Source of the DNA: Verrucomicrobiota bacterium
GTDB taxonomy: Bacteria > Verrucomicrobiota > Verrucomicrobiia > Limisphaerales > Palsa-1400
Direction: 5' to 3'
NCBI GenBank assembly: GCA_049510745.1
Contig: JBEKYR010000017.1
Span: forward strand, 1-64,000
DNA: 64,000 bases
Shown: piece after piece, positions 18,921 through 29,158 of the stretch
Numbering within the stretch: the stretch's first letter is position 1
Layout of the letters: each line of letters begins with the position of its first letter
Notes under the pieces: generated by a model
What the model saw: only the letters and a program-made list of their open reading frames with translations
What the model was told of the DNA's origin: nothing
Databases searched by the model: none
Made by a program: the position numbers and the translations under genes

Positions 18921-19832
18921 ATGAAATTTATACAATACGCGTTTTTGTTCATCACGTTCCTGGCTTTGCAGGCCGGCGCCCAAACTAATCCGCCGCCCGG
19001 CAGACCAGCCCCGCCAAGCATGCCGCCCGGCATGGGCATGCCGCCCGGCATGGGCATGACGCCAAAGACTCCCGCGCCTCCCCCTGAAATGCCCGATAAA
19101 GACAAACTCAGCTACGCCATCGGCATGAACGTCGGCAGCAACATCAAGCGCCAGGAATTGAACATCGACGTCGATACCATCGCCGCCGCCATGAAAGACG
19201 TGCTGGAAGGCCGGCCAACCCGGTTGACCGAGCAGGAAGTCCGCGCGACCTTTACGCAATTGCAGGCGGCCATGGCCGCCAAGGCGCAGGCCGAGCGCGA
19301 AACCAACAGAATCAAGGGCGAAGAGTATCTGGCCAAAAACGCCAAGCTCGACGGGGTCAAGACCTTGCCCAGCGGCTTGCAATACAAAGTGCTCAAGGAC
19401 GGTTCCGGCGAGATGCCGGCAACCAACGATACCGTCACCGTCAGCTACACGGGGAAGCTGATCGATGGCACCCAATTCGATCAGAACGAACATTTTACAA
19501 CGCCCGTAACGGGCAGGACCATCAAGGGTTGGTCGGAGATTTTGCCCCTGATGAAGGTCGGTTCCAAATGGGAAGTCGTTATCCCTTCGAACCTGGGCTA
19601 CGGTCCGCGAGGGAACGGGCCGAAGATTGGCCCCAATTCCGTCCTGATCTTTGAAATGGAGTTGCTGTCGGTGACTCCCAAGCCTCCAACGCCGGCCGCC
19701 GCCGTGCCGGCGCCGCCCGTCTCAACTGGAACTCCCGTTGTGAGCGGGCAAATCATCAAAGTTCCCTCCGCTGAGGAGTTGAAAAAGGGCGCGAAGATCG
19801 AGGTCATCACCAACGTGCCGCCTGGCCAGTAA
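18921..19832 (+). CDS. FKBP-type peptidyl-prolyl isomerase (Mip/FkpA-like) with signal peptide
   Basis: KLSYAIG N-domain, LPSGLQYKVL, YTGKLIDGTQFD, IPSNLGYG, LIFEMELL; Pro/Met/Gly-rich linker. Confidence 0.93.
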   Translation: MKFIQYAFLFITFLALQAGAQTNPPPGRPAPPSMPPGMGMPPGMGMTPKTPAPPPEMPDKDKLSYAIGMNVGSNIKRQELNIDVDTIAAAMKDVLEGRPTRLTEQEVRATFTQLQAAMAAKAQAERETNRIKGEEYLAKNAKLDGVKTLPSGLQYKVLKDGSGEMPATNDTVTVSYTGKLIDGTQFDQNEHFTTPVTGRTIKGWSEILPLMKVGSKWEVVIPSNLGYGPRGNGPKIGPNSVLIFEMELLSVTPKPPTPAAAVPAPPVSTGTPVVSGQIIKVPSAEELKKGAKIEVITNVPPGQ

Positions 19833-19917
19833 GGATCCGCCCGGGCGGGCTGTTGGTGGCCATTACTGAAATCTCAATCCGCAGGCCGCACCCTGACGGG
19901 ATGCGGCGGTCATCGAC

Positions 19918-19949
19918 AATTGCAAATTGAAAATTTTCAATTTGCAATT
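19918..19949. repeat. Perfect 32-bp AT-rich palindrome built from heptamers
   Basis: AATTGCAAATTGAAAA|TTTTCAATTTGCAATT between convergent genes. Confidence 0.9.
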
Positions 19950-20011
19950 TTCAATGCCGGCGGTCCGCCGGCGCCGCCAGGAATTAAAAATGGGCCACCC
20001 GGCTGACGCCG

Positions 20012-21175
20012 TCAACTCCTCAAAAACTCCGCTCCCGCCCAATCGGCGAAGCGCAGCCCCTGTCGAGTCAAGCGGAATTTTTGCCCGTCCAGTTCTCCGT
20101 AGCCCAAGTCGATCATGCGCCGGATCTCCCCCGGCCACTGCGCCTGCAAATCAAACCCCGTCCGCCGCCGGAATTGCTCCAGCGGCCAGCCCGCCGTCAT
20201 GCGCAATCCAAAGGCGGCAATCTCCCCGGCCCGCGCCAGGGGCGGCAGTTCTTCGCTCGATTCGATGGCCCGCCGCCCCCGCTCCAGTTGCTCGCAATAC
20301 AGGGTCGTGTTCGCCCAGTTCCGCGTGCGGACACCGCGGACGTATCCGGCCGCGCTCGGACCGAGGCCGTGAAACGAGCCGCCTCGCCAACAGTTGACAT
20401 TATGCCGGCAGGCCCGGTCCGGCACTTCCGCCGGGATGGGCGAAAGGTGACGGGCAAAATTGGACACCTCGTATTGGCGCAATCCCCCGGCCGTCGCCGC
20501 CGCCAGCAATTGGTCGTACATCGCGCAAGTCAGGTCTTCGTCCACTCGCTTCAAACCGGCCTGCCATTGATCGAACAGCGGCGTGTCTTCCTCGTAAATG
20601 ACCTCGTAACACGAAAGATGCTCGCTGCCCAGCGCCAGGGCTTCGCCCAGGGTTTCGCGCCACGTTTGCAGGGTTTGGCCGGGAATGGCGAACATCAGGT
20701 CCACGTTCAAATTCTCAAAACCGGCCGCCCGCAAAATGTCGAAGGACTTGAAGATCATCGCGCGGCTATGGACGCGTCCAAGCCGTTCGAGCAGCCGTTC
20801 GTCAAAGGATTGCGCGCCCATCGACACCCGGTTGACCCCCCAATCCCGCAGCAGCTTTGCCTTGTCCAACGAGACCGTGGCCGGATTGCACTCGACGGTC
20901 CACTCCGCCGCGCCCAACAAGCCGAGCCGCTCCATCGCTTTGAGAATCCGTTCCCATTGCCGGAGCGAGAGCAGCGACGGCGTGCCGCCGCCAAAGAAAA
21001 CCGTTTGCGGCCTCAAGTCCCCCGCCACCAACTCCATCTCCCGCACCAGCGCCTCCACGTAACGGTTGACCAGCGCGCCGTCGCCGGCTTCCGAGTAAAA
21101 AGCGCAATAGGCGCACTTTTTGGCGCAAAACGGCACGTGAACATACAGATGGCTGATGACCGCTTCGTCGAACAC
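20012..21175 (-). CDS. hemW: Radical SAM heme chaperone HemW (HemN-like)
   Basis: HLYVHVPFCAKKCAYCAF (CxxxCxxC), FGGGTPS, YEVSNF, HN..W. Confidence 0.88.
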   Translation of the reverse strand: MFDEAVISHLYVHVPFCAKKCAYCAFYSEAGDGALVNRYVEALVREMELVAGDLRPQTVFFGGGTPSLLSLRQWERILKAMERLGLLGAAEWTVECNPATVSLDKAKLLRDWGVNRVSMGAQSFDERLLERLGRVHSRAMIFKSFDILRAAGFENLNVDLMFAIPGQTLQTWRETLGEALALGSEHLSCYEVIYEEDTPLFDQWQAGLKRVDEDLTCAMYDQLLAAATAGGLRQYEVSNFARHLSPIPAEVPDRACRHNVNCWRGGSFHGLGPSAAGYVRGVRTRNWANTTLYCEQLERGRRAIESSEELPPLARAGEIAAFGLRMTAGWPLEQFRRRTGFDLQAQWPGEIRRMIDLGYGELDGQKFRLTRQGLRFADWAGAEFLRS

Positions 21176-21288
21176 GGCGGCCAGGTTAAGCGGAAACCCG
21201 TGAAAAAACCAGCCGCGAGTAATGCCTCAGTGACCGCGGGAAAAAGCGGAGCCTAAAAAATTCTCATTTCGCCGTCTGCACATCTTCC

Positions 21289-21350
21289 TTGACAAATAGA
21301 GAGAATCGACCCTAGCATACCCGCATTGCGGCTTTCAATGCGGGTATGCT
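21289..21350 (+). promoter_or_regulatory. Sigma70-like promoter overlapped by a perfect 15-bp inverted repeat
   Basis: TTGACA (21289)-N18-TAGCAT; inverted repeat AGCATACCCGCATTG-N7-CAATGCGGGTATGCT (21314-21350). Confidence 0.55.
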
Positions 21351-21533
21351 CAATTTCGCATTTCCCCCCCCATCGCTCAGGCATTACAGCCGTGAAGCGA
21401 CTTTGATGGACATGCGCCGCTAATTGTGGCATAATATGAAATAATCGGCGGTCCGGGCAAAATGGCGCAACTCATCGTTGCGGTTGCGTCCAAGCGCGGG
21501 CCGGCGTCAGGCCACAGCAGCCGTCAGGAACAG

Positions 21534-22226
21534 ATGAAAGTGAAATCGGCCCCGGAACATAACGGATTCTCCGCTGCCTGGAGAGACAAACGCAGGGTCA
21601 TGCTTGTCGATGACCACCCCGTCGTGCGCGAAGGATTGTCGCAACTCATCGATCACGAAGCCGACCTGGCCGTGTGCGGGCAGTTTGAAGACGCCGCGCG
21701 CGCCTTCGACGCCATTCCCCGGCTGCTGCCGGATTTGACCATCGTGGACCTGTCCCTCAAGGGCGGCAGCGGCCTGGAACTGGTCAAGAACGCCAGGTCC
21801 AATTACCCCAAGCTGCTCATCCTGGTGCTTTCCATGCATGACGAATCGCTTTACGCTGAGCGCGCCCTGCGCGCCGGCGCCGCCGGTTACATCATGAAAC
21901 AGGAGGCGGTCGGGCGCGTCCTGGGCGCCATTCGCCACGTGCTCAACGGCGGCGTTTACCTGAGCGAAAAAATGAATTCCAAGCTCATGCACCAACTGGC
22001 GCGCGGCAAATCCATCGGCGACGGTTCCCTCACGGAACGGTTGAGCGACCGCGAACTGGAAGTGTTCGGGTTGATCGGCCAGGGCCGCGGCACCCGGCAA
22101 ATCGCCGAGCAACTCCATTTAAGCGTCAAGACCATCGAATCCCATCGCGCCCACATCAAGGAGAAGCTCGACCTCAAAAGTTCAACCGAGCTGGTCCACT
22201 GCGCCATCGAACTGCGCCGGGACTGA
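21534..22226 (+). CDS. NarL/LuxR family response regulator
   Basis: MLVDDHPVVREG receiver; LSDRELEV...IAEQLHLSVKTIESHR HTH. Confidence 0.95.
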   Translation: MKVKSAPEHNGFSAAWRDKRRVMLVDDHPVVREGLSQLIDHEADLAVCGQFEDAARAFDAIPRLLPDLTIVDLSLKGGSGLELVKNARSNYPKLLILVLSMHDESLYAERALRAGAAGYIMKQEAVGRVLGAIRHVLNGGVYLSEKMNSKLMHQLARGKSIGDGSLTERLSDRELEVFGLIGQGRGTRQIAEQLHLSVKTIESHRAHIKEKLDLKSSTELVHCAIELRRD

Positions 22227-22283
22227 GGGTCCAGGTTCAGTTTTCTGCCCCCAGCCTTGTCCGGGGAGGTTGGTTGGCGGCGG

Positions 22284-24269
22284 TTATGCGCTCAGGCTGC
22301 GCAAGGGGACGGCGGCATCGAGGGGCACGATCCCGGGTTCGCCGTCCAGGGCGGGCTGGAGGCCCCTGGCCGGGAGGTTGTCGCGGTACAACGTAATGGC
22401 GACGTGCTCGTTTTTGCGGATGCACTCTTTGATGGCTTCGGGGTCTTTCTCGCAGTGCAAAAGCGTTTTCCACGAGTAAATGTGTTTGGGTTTGTGAAAA
22501 TCGCTGTTGGCCAGGAAGGCCAGGCGCTTGAGGCCCACCGGCGTGAAGATGTTGTTGCGGTTGGCGATTTCCCAGGCGTCAATCAGCGGCGCGAAAATGT
22601 CCTGGTTCTCCCACAGGTAGAGCGTGTTTTTGCCCCACTCGCTTTTCATGATATGCGGATGCGAGGCGACGGCCAGGCCGCCTTGGGCGTGAATTTCCGC
22701 GATGGTCGGCGGCAAATCCAGCGCGGGATGGATGGGCGCCTTGAGGTCGATGCCCAGCAGGTGGGCGGAAGTTTTCCGGGTGAAACCGTCTTTGTTGAAC
22801 TCGATGCCGGTCATGACCAGCATGTTGTATTTGCGCCAGGCCCGGCGGCGCTCGCGCTCGATCACGTCGAAATACTCGTCCAATTGCTCCGGTCCGAGGG
22901 TGAGGCTGAGGAGCTTGCTCAATTTGCCAATCAGCCGCCGCGGATCGCCCAGATGATCGGTGAGGCAAATGCAATCAAAACCGCGTTTGCCGTAAAAATC
23001 GACCACCTCGGGCGCGGTCAGTTTGCCGTCGGAATAGTTGGTGTGGATGTGAAAATCGCAGAGCAACATCCGCGCTTCGTTCGGGCTGTTGGCGCCGCGG
23101 CCGCGGGCCGGACGCGTGATGCCGGGAGTGTTGGACTCGAAGAGCCGGCTGGGCGGGCCGTCGGAGTCGCACTGGTTGAGGGCCAATTCCGCGATGCGAA
23201 TCGAAGCGTCGGGCCGGGCCACTCTGGTCAAATTGTCGCGCCACTTCTTCCAAAGCTCCGCGTCGCCGGCAAAGGCCTTGGCGATCCATTCGACCACTTC
23301 GCGGTTCTTTTCCGCGACGACGCCCGCGTCCAATTGTTGCACCAATTGGGCGTTGCCGTCTTCCTGTCCGGGAATGACCTGGTTGAGGATCATGGGGCAG
23401 CGGCCGGCAATGGCTTCCTGCACCGTGGCGCCGCCCGCCTTGGTCACCACCAAATGGTGGCTGAGCATCAGCCGCGGCATTTGATTGGTCCAGCCGAGAA
23501 GGCGGACGCGGTCGGCGAATTCTTCCGTGCGCCGGGCCAGTGTTTCCTTCAACTCCGCGTCGCGGCCCACCGTGATGGTCAGATGCACGCCGGGGATTTC
23601 CAGCAGGCGGTCGATGGCCTTGCCGGACTTCTTCTTTCCGGTGTTGATGACGTAAAGAATTTTTATCGGGCCGCCGGCACGGGGCGCTTGGACCAGGTCG
23701 TCGTGTTTCTCGGCAAAGAGCGGGTTGACCGGGAAGCCGAAGGCCTTGATTTGCTGAGGCGGCACGCCGGAGCGGCGCAAGACCTGGGCGGTCGCCTCGT
23801 TGGGCACGCAGTACCAGTCGCTGGGCGCGCGGAACCAGGAGGAGTTGACTGAAATGGAATCGGTCACGACCGTGATAAAACGAAAGGGCCGCTCGGAATG
23901 GTCGCGGTAGATTTCGCGGATGACGTGGGCATAGACCGGATAGGTGGAAAGGACGCAATCGGGCTGGGATTGGTCGAGAATCTGCTGGAGGGCGTCCTTT
24001 AGGTTGCCGAAGGCGAGCAGATTGCTTTCCATTTTGGTGGAGCTGTCGAGCATGGAATAAATACCGCTCCAGACCCCCGGCGCGTAGCGGGTCAGCCCGA
24101 GATAGGCCTTTTTAAGAACGTCGTTGAGCAAGCCAAGGCTGCTTTGAAACACGTCCAGGACTTCGACCTTGACCTCGTCGGAGATCAATTCCAGCGCGTC
24201 GGCCACGTTGCGCGCCGCCGTATTGTGTCCATCGCCGAATCCCGCGGTCAGGATCAAGACTTTTTTCAC
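22284..24269 (-). CDS. MGDG-synthase/UgtP-like glycosyltransferase fused to a PHP domain
   Basis: N-terminal TAGFGDGHN...TKAGGATVQE...PGQE; C-terminal DFHIHTNYSDG, TDH, SHPH, NSDFH. Confidence 0.88.
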   Translation of the reverse strand: MKKVLILTAGFGDGHNTAARNVADALELISDEVKVEVLDVFQSSLGLLNDVLKKAYLGLTRYAPGVWSGIYSMLDSSTKMESNLLAFGNLKDALQQILDQSQPDCVLSTYPVYAHVIREIYRDHSERPFRFITVVTDSISVNSSWFRAPSDWYCVPNEATAQVLRRSGVPPQQIKAFGFPVNPLFAEKHDDLVQAPRAGGPIKILYVINTGKKKSGKAIDRLLEIPGVHLTITVGRDAELKETLARRTEEFADRVRLLGWTNQMPRLMLSHHLVVTKAGGATVQEAIAGRCPMILNQVIPGQEDGNAQLVQQLDAGVVAEKNREVVEWIAKAFAGDAELWKKWRDNLTRVARPDASIRIAELALNQCDSDGPPSRLFESNTPGITRPARGRGANSPNEARMLLCDFHIHTNYSDGKLTAPEVVDFYGKRGFDCICLTDHLGDPRRLIGKLSKLLSLTLGPEQLDEYFDVIERERRRAWRKYNMLVMTGIEFNKDGFTRKTSAHLLGIDLKAPIHPALDLPPTIAEIHAQGGLAVASHPHIMKSEWGKNTLYLWENQDIFAPLIDAWEIANRNNIFTPVGLKRLAFLANSDFHKPKHIYSWKTLLHCEKDPEAIKECIRKNEHVAITLYRDNLPARGLQPALDGEPGIVPLDAAVPLRSLSA

Positions 24270-24414
24270 CGCATGACCGTCTCACAATCATGTGACAACT
24301 TGATGGCGGCCAGGTTAAATTCTGTTCACAATTTGGCCGGGGAAACCACGCGGGGAAACCAGTTTTTGACACGAACCGCCGATGAATCAGCCTGGTTTTG
24401 CCGGCGGCGGCCTC

Positions 24415-25902
24415 TCAGAGCACTCGCTCCAGCGCTTCGCAGAGGGTCTTCAAAATGCGCACGCGCGCGAAATGTTTGTCGTTTCCGGGCACCACCGTCC
24501 AGGGCGCGAATTCCGTGCTGGTGTGCGCCACCATGTCGTTGATCGCTTCCTTGTAGGCCTCCCACTTCTTGCGGTTGCGCCAGTCTTCGTCGGTGATTTT
24601 GTAGCGCTTGAACTCGATGTCCTGGCGTTCCTTGAAGCGCCGCAGTTGTTCCTCCTTGCTGATGTGGACCCAGAATTTTGCCAGCGCGATGTCCCGCACC
24701 GCCAGTTGTTCCTCAAAATCGTTGATTTCCAGATAGGCCCGTTGCCACTCGTTGGCCGTGGCAAATCCCTCCACCCGCTCCACCAGGACCCGCCCATACC
24801 ACGAGCGGTCAAAAATCGTCACGTAGCCCCCCGGCGGAAGATGGCGCCAGAAGCGCCAGAAATAATGGTGCGCCCGCTCCTCATCGGTCGGCGCGGCGAT
24901 GGGAATGATCCGGTAAAGCCGCGGATCAATCGCCGCCGTCACCCGGCGGATGGCGCTGCCCTTGCCCGCGGCGTCCCAGCCCTCAAAGACGGCGACCGTT
25001 GAGATATTCTTGACATGCGCCTCCCACGTCAGCCGCGTCAGCCGGCCCTGGTATTCCGCCAATCCCTCCCGGTACTGCCGGGCGGTGAGCTTTTGCGAAA
25101 GGTCCACGTGGTCCAGGACCGTCTTGCCGGATTTCGCGTGCGCCCGCCGCGCCGGCGGCGGCGTTGCGGCCGCCTGGACCTTGCCCGCGCCTCCCTCCTT
25201 CAGGCGGGTTTGCAGCGCTTCCAGGATGATTCGCCCGGCGGCCAATTCGCGGTAACGCCGGTCCGTCGCCTCAATCAGGTGCCAGGGGCACTGCGCCGAA
25301 TCGGTGCGGCGGATGGCGCGCTCGCTTGTCTTGATGAACCGGGCATAGAGTTTGAGATTCCTGCGATCCTCCGGCCGGACGCGGTGGCGGGTGTGCGGAT
25401 CACGCTGCAGATCTTTGAGCCGCCGCGCCTGCTCCTTCTTGCTCAGATGAAACCAGAGCTTGATGATCAGCGCGCCATCGTCGGCCAGCATTTTTTCAAA
25501 GAAGGCAATTCGATCCAGTTCGCCATCCAATTCGCTGCCTTTGGTCTCACGGTAAACCCGCCGGACCAGCGGCTCGGAATACCAGGAACCGAAAAAAATC
25601 CCGATCCGTCCGCGCGCGGGCAAGGCGCGCCAAAACCGCCAGTACCGGGGCCGCGCCCGTTCCTCGTCCGAGCCTTCCTGGAAGGCGTGCGTATCGACCC
25701 CGCGCGGATCGAGCCACTCATTGAGACGATGGACAAACTCGCCTTTGCCCGCGCAGTCCGCGCCGGAAACGATGATAATGACGGGGATTTTCCGGCCTTT
25801 GAGGGCAAACTGCGCCTCCAGGAGCTCCGAGCGCAAGGCCGGCAGCGCCTTGTCGAATTCCTGCCGTGAGACTTTCCGCCCCAATTCGGCGACTTCGAAC
25901 AT
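24415..25902 (-). CDS. pap: Polyphosphate:AMP phosphotransferase (two-domain PPK2)
   Basis: MFEVAELG start; tandem PPK2 domains (GADCAGKG and EGWDAAGKG; WRFWR twice; FDRSWYGRVLVERVEG). Confidence 0.92.
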   Translation of the reverse strand: MFEVAELGRKVSRQEFDKALPALRSELLEAQFALKGRKIPVIIIVSGADCAGKGEFVHRLNEWLDPRGVDTHAFQEGSDEERARPRYWRFWRALPARGRIGIFFGSWYSEPLVRRVYRETKGSELDGELDRIAFFEKMLADDGALIIKLWFHLSKKEQARRLKDLQRDPHTRHRVRPEDRRNLKLYARFIKTSERAIRRTDSAQCPWHLIEATDRRYRELAAGRIILEALQTRLKEGGAGKVQAAATPPPARRAHAKSGKTVLDHVDLSQKLTARQYREGLAEYQGRLTRLTWEAHVKNISTVAVFEGWDAAGKGSAIRRVTAAIDPRLYRIIPIAAPTDEERAHHYFWRFWRHLPPGGYVTIFDRSWYGRVLVERVEGFATANEWQRAYLEINDFEEQLAVRDIALAKFWVHISKEEQLRRFKERQDIEFKRYKITDEDWRNRKKWEAYKEAINDMVAHTSTEFAPWTVVPGNDKHFARVRILKTLCEALERVL

Positions 25903-26015
25903 CGTGCCGGCTATGTTAACCAAAACCCCGGACACCCGGCAAGACCTTCCTTGCCATAGTTGCTCCCGTACAAAGGATTCACACTCGTTGCCGTCGAAAA
26001 GCGCGACGCCGGCGC

Positions 26016-26768
26016 TCAACCCACCGCAAACGCGCTGAACAGCGCCTGCATTTCTTCGTCGGCTTGCGCGGGATCGGAGAGGGTTTGGGCAATTTCCTCG
26101 CGCAGAAGCTCCCGGTAACGCCGGCGGAGACGGTGGATCGACACGCGCACGGCGCCCTCGGTCAGTTCCAGCGCGGCGGCGGCCTGGGCGCACGGGATGT
26201 CGCTCTTGCCGGCCATCAAGAAAGTTTTCAATTGTTCAAATAGTTTGGCTTTGCCGGCAGCGCGGCTTTCGTCACGCAGGCGGGTGATGACCCGTTCGAG
26301 CATGGTCAAGGCCCAGGCCCGGTCGTAAAGTTTGTCCGGGCTGAGATTATCGGCGGGATTGATTTGATAGCGCGTGTCGGCCTCCTGCCAATCCAGCGAC
26401 AGAGGCAGGGCGCCGCCACCCCGTTTCTGGCGGTGGGCGCGATCCCATTCATTGGCCAGAAAACGTTTCAGGGCGACCAGCAGGAAAGCGCGGAATTTGC
26501 CGGCTTCGCTGCTGAGTCCTTCCAGGTAATTCTTTTCGAGCAACCGGGCGAAGAAAGCCTGCGTGAGGTCTTCGGCGTCCTCGCGCGAATGGCCTTGCCG
26601 GCGAACGTAGGCATAAAGCGGATACCAATACGTGCGGCACAACTCCTCCAGAGCCACGTCCGCCTGGGGCGAACCGCTGCGGCCGGCGGCGAGCACGACC
26701 GTCCAGCGCGTCGTGGCGAAAATGTCGCCGCCCGCGTTGGTCATTTGAGTTGCATTTTCAGGACTCAA
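26016..26768 (-). CDS. ECF sigma factor of the Ser/Thr-kinase-associated type
   Basis: FATTRWTVV...ALEELCRTYWYPLYAYVRR...DAEDLTQAFF...KFRAFL; alternative start at 26744. Confidence 0.88.
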   Translation of the reverse strand: MSPENATQMTNAGGDIFATTRWTVVLAAGRSGSPQADVALEELCRTYWYPLYAYVRRQGHSREDAEDLTQAFFARLLEKNYLEGLSSEAGKFRAFLLVALKRFLANEWDRAHRQKRGGGALPLSLDWQEADTRYQINPADNLSPDKLYDRAWALTMLERVITRLRDESRAAGKAKLFEQLKTFLMAGKSDIPCAQAAAALELTEGAVRVSIHRLRRRYRELLREEIAQTLSDPAQADEEMQALFSAFAVG

Positions 26769-26794
26769 AACGCTCGTTTCTCGCGGCCGGACTC

Positions 26795-28993
26795 TTACTG
26801 CGCCAGTTCTGAGAGAGCCTGGTCACGGATGCCGGTATCGCTGATGTTTTCTGCTATTTCTATGGCCTGTTTTCTCAGACCGCGCTTGGCCAGCAGGCGG
26901 GCCGATGCCTGCCCGGCCTGGTTTCGCGTTGTGGATTCGCGCATCTGCCGAAGCGCATCCTTGACAAGGTCCACCTCGCCCGCGTTGGCGGCATCGGCGG
27001 CTACTGCGCCCAAGGACCTGTCTTTTGCGTCCAAATCGGCTATCGCAGACGCCGCTTCCAATCGCTCGGCCAGAGTTTCCCGCGCCGTCTTCTGTGCTTC
27101 ACCGGAAGCCGCAGTGTCCGGGACATTTGAACTTTCTTCGGCTTGCCGGGCTGCGGTTTCCCGGTCGTGCAGTGGCCGGCGCATGTGCGTGACGACCGCA
27201 ACGGAAATGATTATCGCCGCAATCAGCAGCACTGCCGCGAAGCCAGGCAGCGGCTTCAGCCACTTCCAAGCGCTCCCGCCGGAGCCGGGCGGCTTGGCCG
27301 AAATGCCCGGCCGCACTTCGGTGCCGGACGGCCCGACGCCAGCCGTCGCCGGAGTCGCCGTCGGCCCCACCGCGCCGAAGAGGTCTTCGTAGGCATACAT
27401 CAGCGAGGCCTTGACGATGGGCGCGGCGATAAGAAAACCAACGACAAAAACCATTATCCCCGCCAGTCTGAGCAGCAGCAAAATGATCACGAAGCCAAAG
27501 AGTTTCCACCAATGTTTGGAAACGATCTTGCGGCTCAGTTCCATTGCTGACCAGAAGTCCAGCCCTTTATCAATGACCAGAGGCAGGGTGAAAATCCACG
27601 CCACCGCCAGATAAATGCCGGGCAATATCAAGCAGAGAAATCCGAGCGCTATCAGCACCAAGGGCACGAAGGAGGCGAGGAAGAGATGGAGGAAACGATT
27701 GCTGAAACCGGAGAAGGCCGTATCGACAGTCGTTGTCTCTCCCCGGATCCTTTTAAGGAAAAACAAATACAAGCCGCCAAAGAGAGGACCGGTCAGGAGG
27801 AGGCCGAGCAACGATCCTTCCGCTGTGGTTTTCCCATCTCCCGATGAAAAAACGGCCCCGGACGAATTGGCGAACAGCCACAGCACCGTGATCAGCGCGC
27901 TGATGCCGACGATGGGCCAGAAATCTCCCCGCACCAGCGCCCAGCCGCGGCGCAGGCAACTGCCGATGTGCAATTCGTAATCACGCGCCAGAATTTCCCG
28001 GGCCAGCGCCTCGCCACTCGGCGACGGCGCGGAAGGCCCGGTGCTGGCGATCGTTTCCACCGCCGTTTTCACCTGGCTGGCATGCTGGTAGCGGCGTTCT
28101 GGATCCTTTTCCAGAGCACGGAGCACCACGTCGTCCAGGCGCACGTCCACCGTCACTTTGCAGGACGAGGGCGGGGCGAATTTCCCCAGCGGCAACTCCC
28201 CCGTCAGCATTTCATAGAAGACCACACCCAAAGAATAAATGTCCGCGCGATGATCCACCGTCGTCGGCTTCTCCAATTGCTCCGGCGCCATGTAATGCGG
28301 CGTGCCGAGGGCGCCCTTGGTTTCGGTGATGGCAGCGTCCTGCTCGCGGCCCAGGATTTTCGCGATCCCAAAATCGGCGATCTTCACCCGGCCCTTTTTG
28401 TCCACCAAAATATTTTCCGGCTTGATGTCGCGATGCACGATGCCTTCGTCATGGGCGAACTGCAGCGCCTCGCAAATCTGCGGAACAATCTGGAGCGCCT
28501 CGCGCGGAGAAAGTCTGCCGGCCTGCTCCAACTCCCGCAGGTTCAGTCCGTCCACGAATTCCATGATGAAGAACGGCAGGCCGTTCGCCTGGCCGAATTC
28601 GTGGACGGCCACGATATTGGGATGAGTCAGCCTGGCCAGCGCGCGGGCTTCGCGATTGAATCGCTCGACAAAGCCGGGGCCGCCCGCTGTCTGCGGCGGC
28701 AGAATCTTCAGCGCGACGACGCGGTCGAGCGCCGGCTGGCGCGCTTTATAGACCGCGCCCATGCCGCCCTTGCCGATAAACGCGAGAATTTCCAGTTGCG
28801 GAAACAGTCGAGCCACCTCCTCGATGCCTGGCGGCTGAAACGGCCCGGCTTCCGGCGGCGGCGCCGTATCCGCCGCGGCCCCCTGTTTGAGCAGGCAGGC
28901 AGGGCAAAGCCCCGCCAGCACACCCGACGGCAGCGGTGCTCCGCATTGCGGACATTTGCTTTCCATATTCTGGTTCGCTTCGGCTTCACTCAT
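26795..28993 (-). CDS. Membrane-anchored Ser/Thr protein kinase
   Basis: N-terminal CPQC...CPAC, GKGGMGAVY, VALK, HRDIKPEN, DFG, GTPHYMAPE; several C-terminal TM segments and a helical tail. Confidence 0.95.
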   Translation of the reverse strand: MSEAEANQNMESKCPQCGAPLPSGVLAGLCPACLLKQGAAADTAPPPEAGPFQPPGIEEVARLFPQLEILAFIGKGGMGAVYKARQPALDRVVALKILPPQTAGGPGFVERFNREARALARLTHPNIVAVHEFGQANGLPFFIMEFVDGLNLRELEQAGRLSPREALQIVPQICEALQFAHDEGIVHRDIKPENILVDKKGRVKIADFGIAKILGREQDAAITETKGALGTPHYMAPEQLEKPTTVDHRADIYSLGVVFYEMLTGELPLGKFAPPSSCKVTVDVRLDDVVLRALEKDPERRYQHASQVKTAVETIASTGPSAPSPSGEALAREILARDYELHIGSCLRRGWALVRGDFWPIVGISALITVLWLFANSSGAVFSSGDGKTTAEGSLLGLLLTGPLFGGLYLFFLKRIRGETTTVDTAFSGFSNRFLHLFLASFVPLVLIALGFLCLILPGIYLAVAWIFTLPLVIDKGLDFWSAMELSRKIVSKHWWKLFGFVIILLLLRLAGIMVFVVGFLIAAPIVKASLMYAYEDLFGAVGPTATPATAGVGPSGTEVRPGISAKPPGSGGSAWKWLKPLPGFAAVLLIAAIIISVAVVTHMRRPLHDRETAARQAEESSNVPDTAASGEAQKTARETLAERLEAASAIADLDAKDRSLGAVAADAANAGEVDLVKDALRQMRESTTRNQAGQASARLLAKRGLRKQAIEIAENISDTGIRDQALSELAQ

Positions 28994-29158
28994 ACACCCT
29001 CCTCCTAAGCGAATCCCGGAAAATGTTACATGAATAACGCGAAGTTTGCGCGTGGATTACGGCGGTTACAGCCCTGCGCGGATGAAAGGAATTGAATTCG
29101 AGTGCCAAGTCGAAATCAAAGTGACTGAGTGCTCCATTGCGCTGTCACCGCGCTGTAA

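Noticed and set aside
19017..19058. Tandem GCATGCCGCCCGGCATGG repeat
   Set aside because: In-frame low-complexity MPPGMG linker of the FKBP protein; not a CRISPR or mobile repeat.
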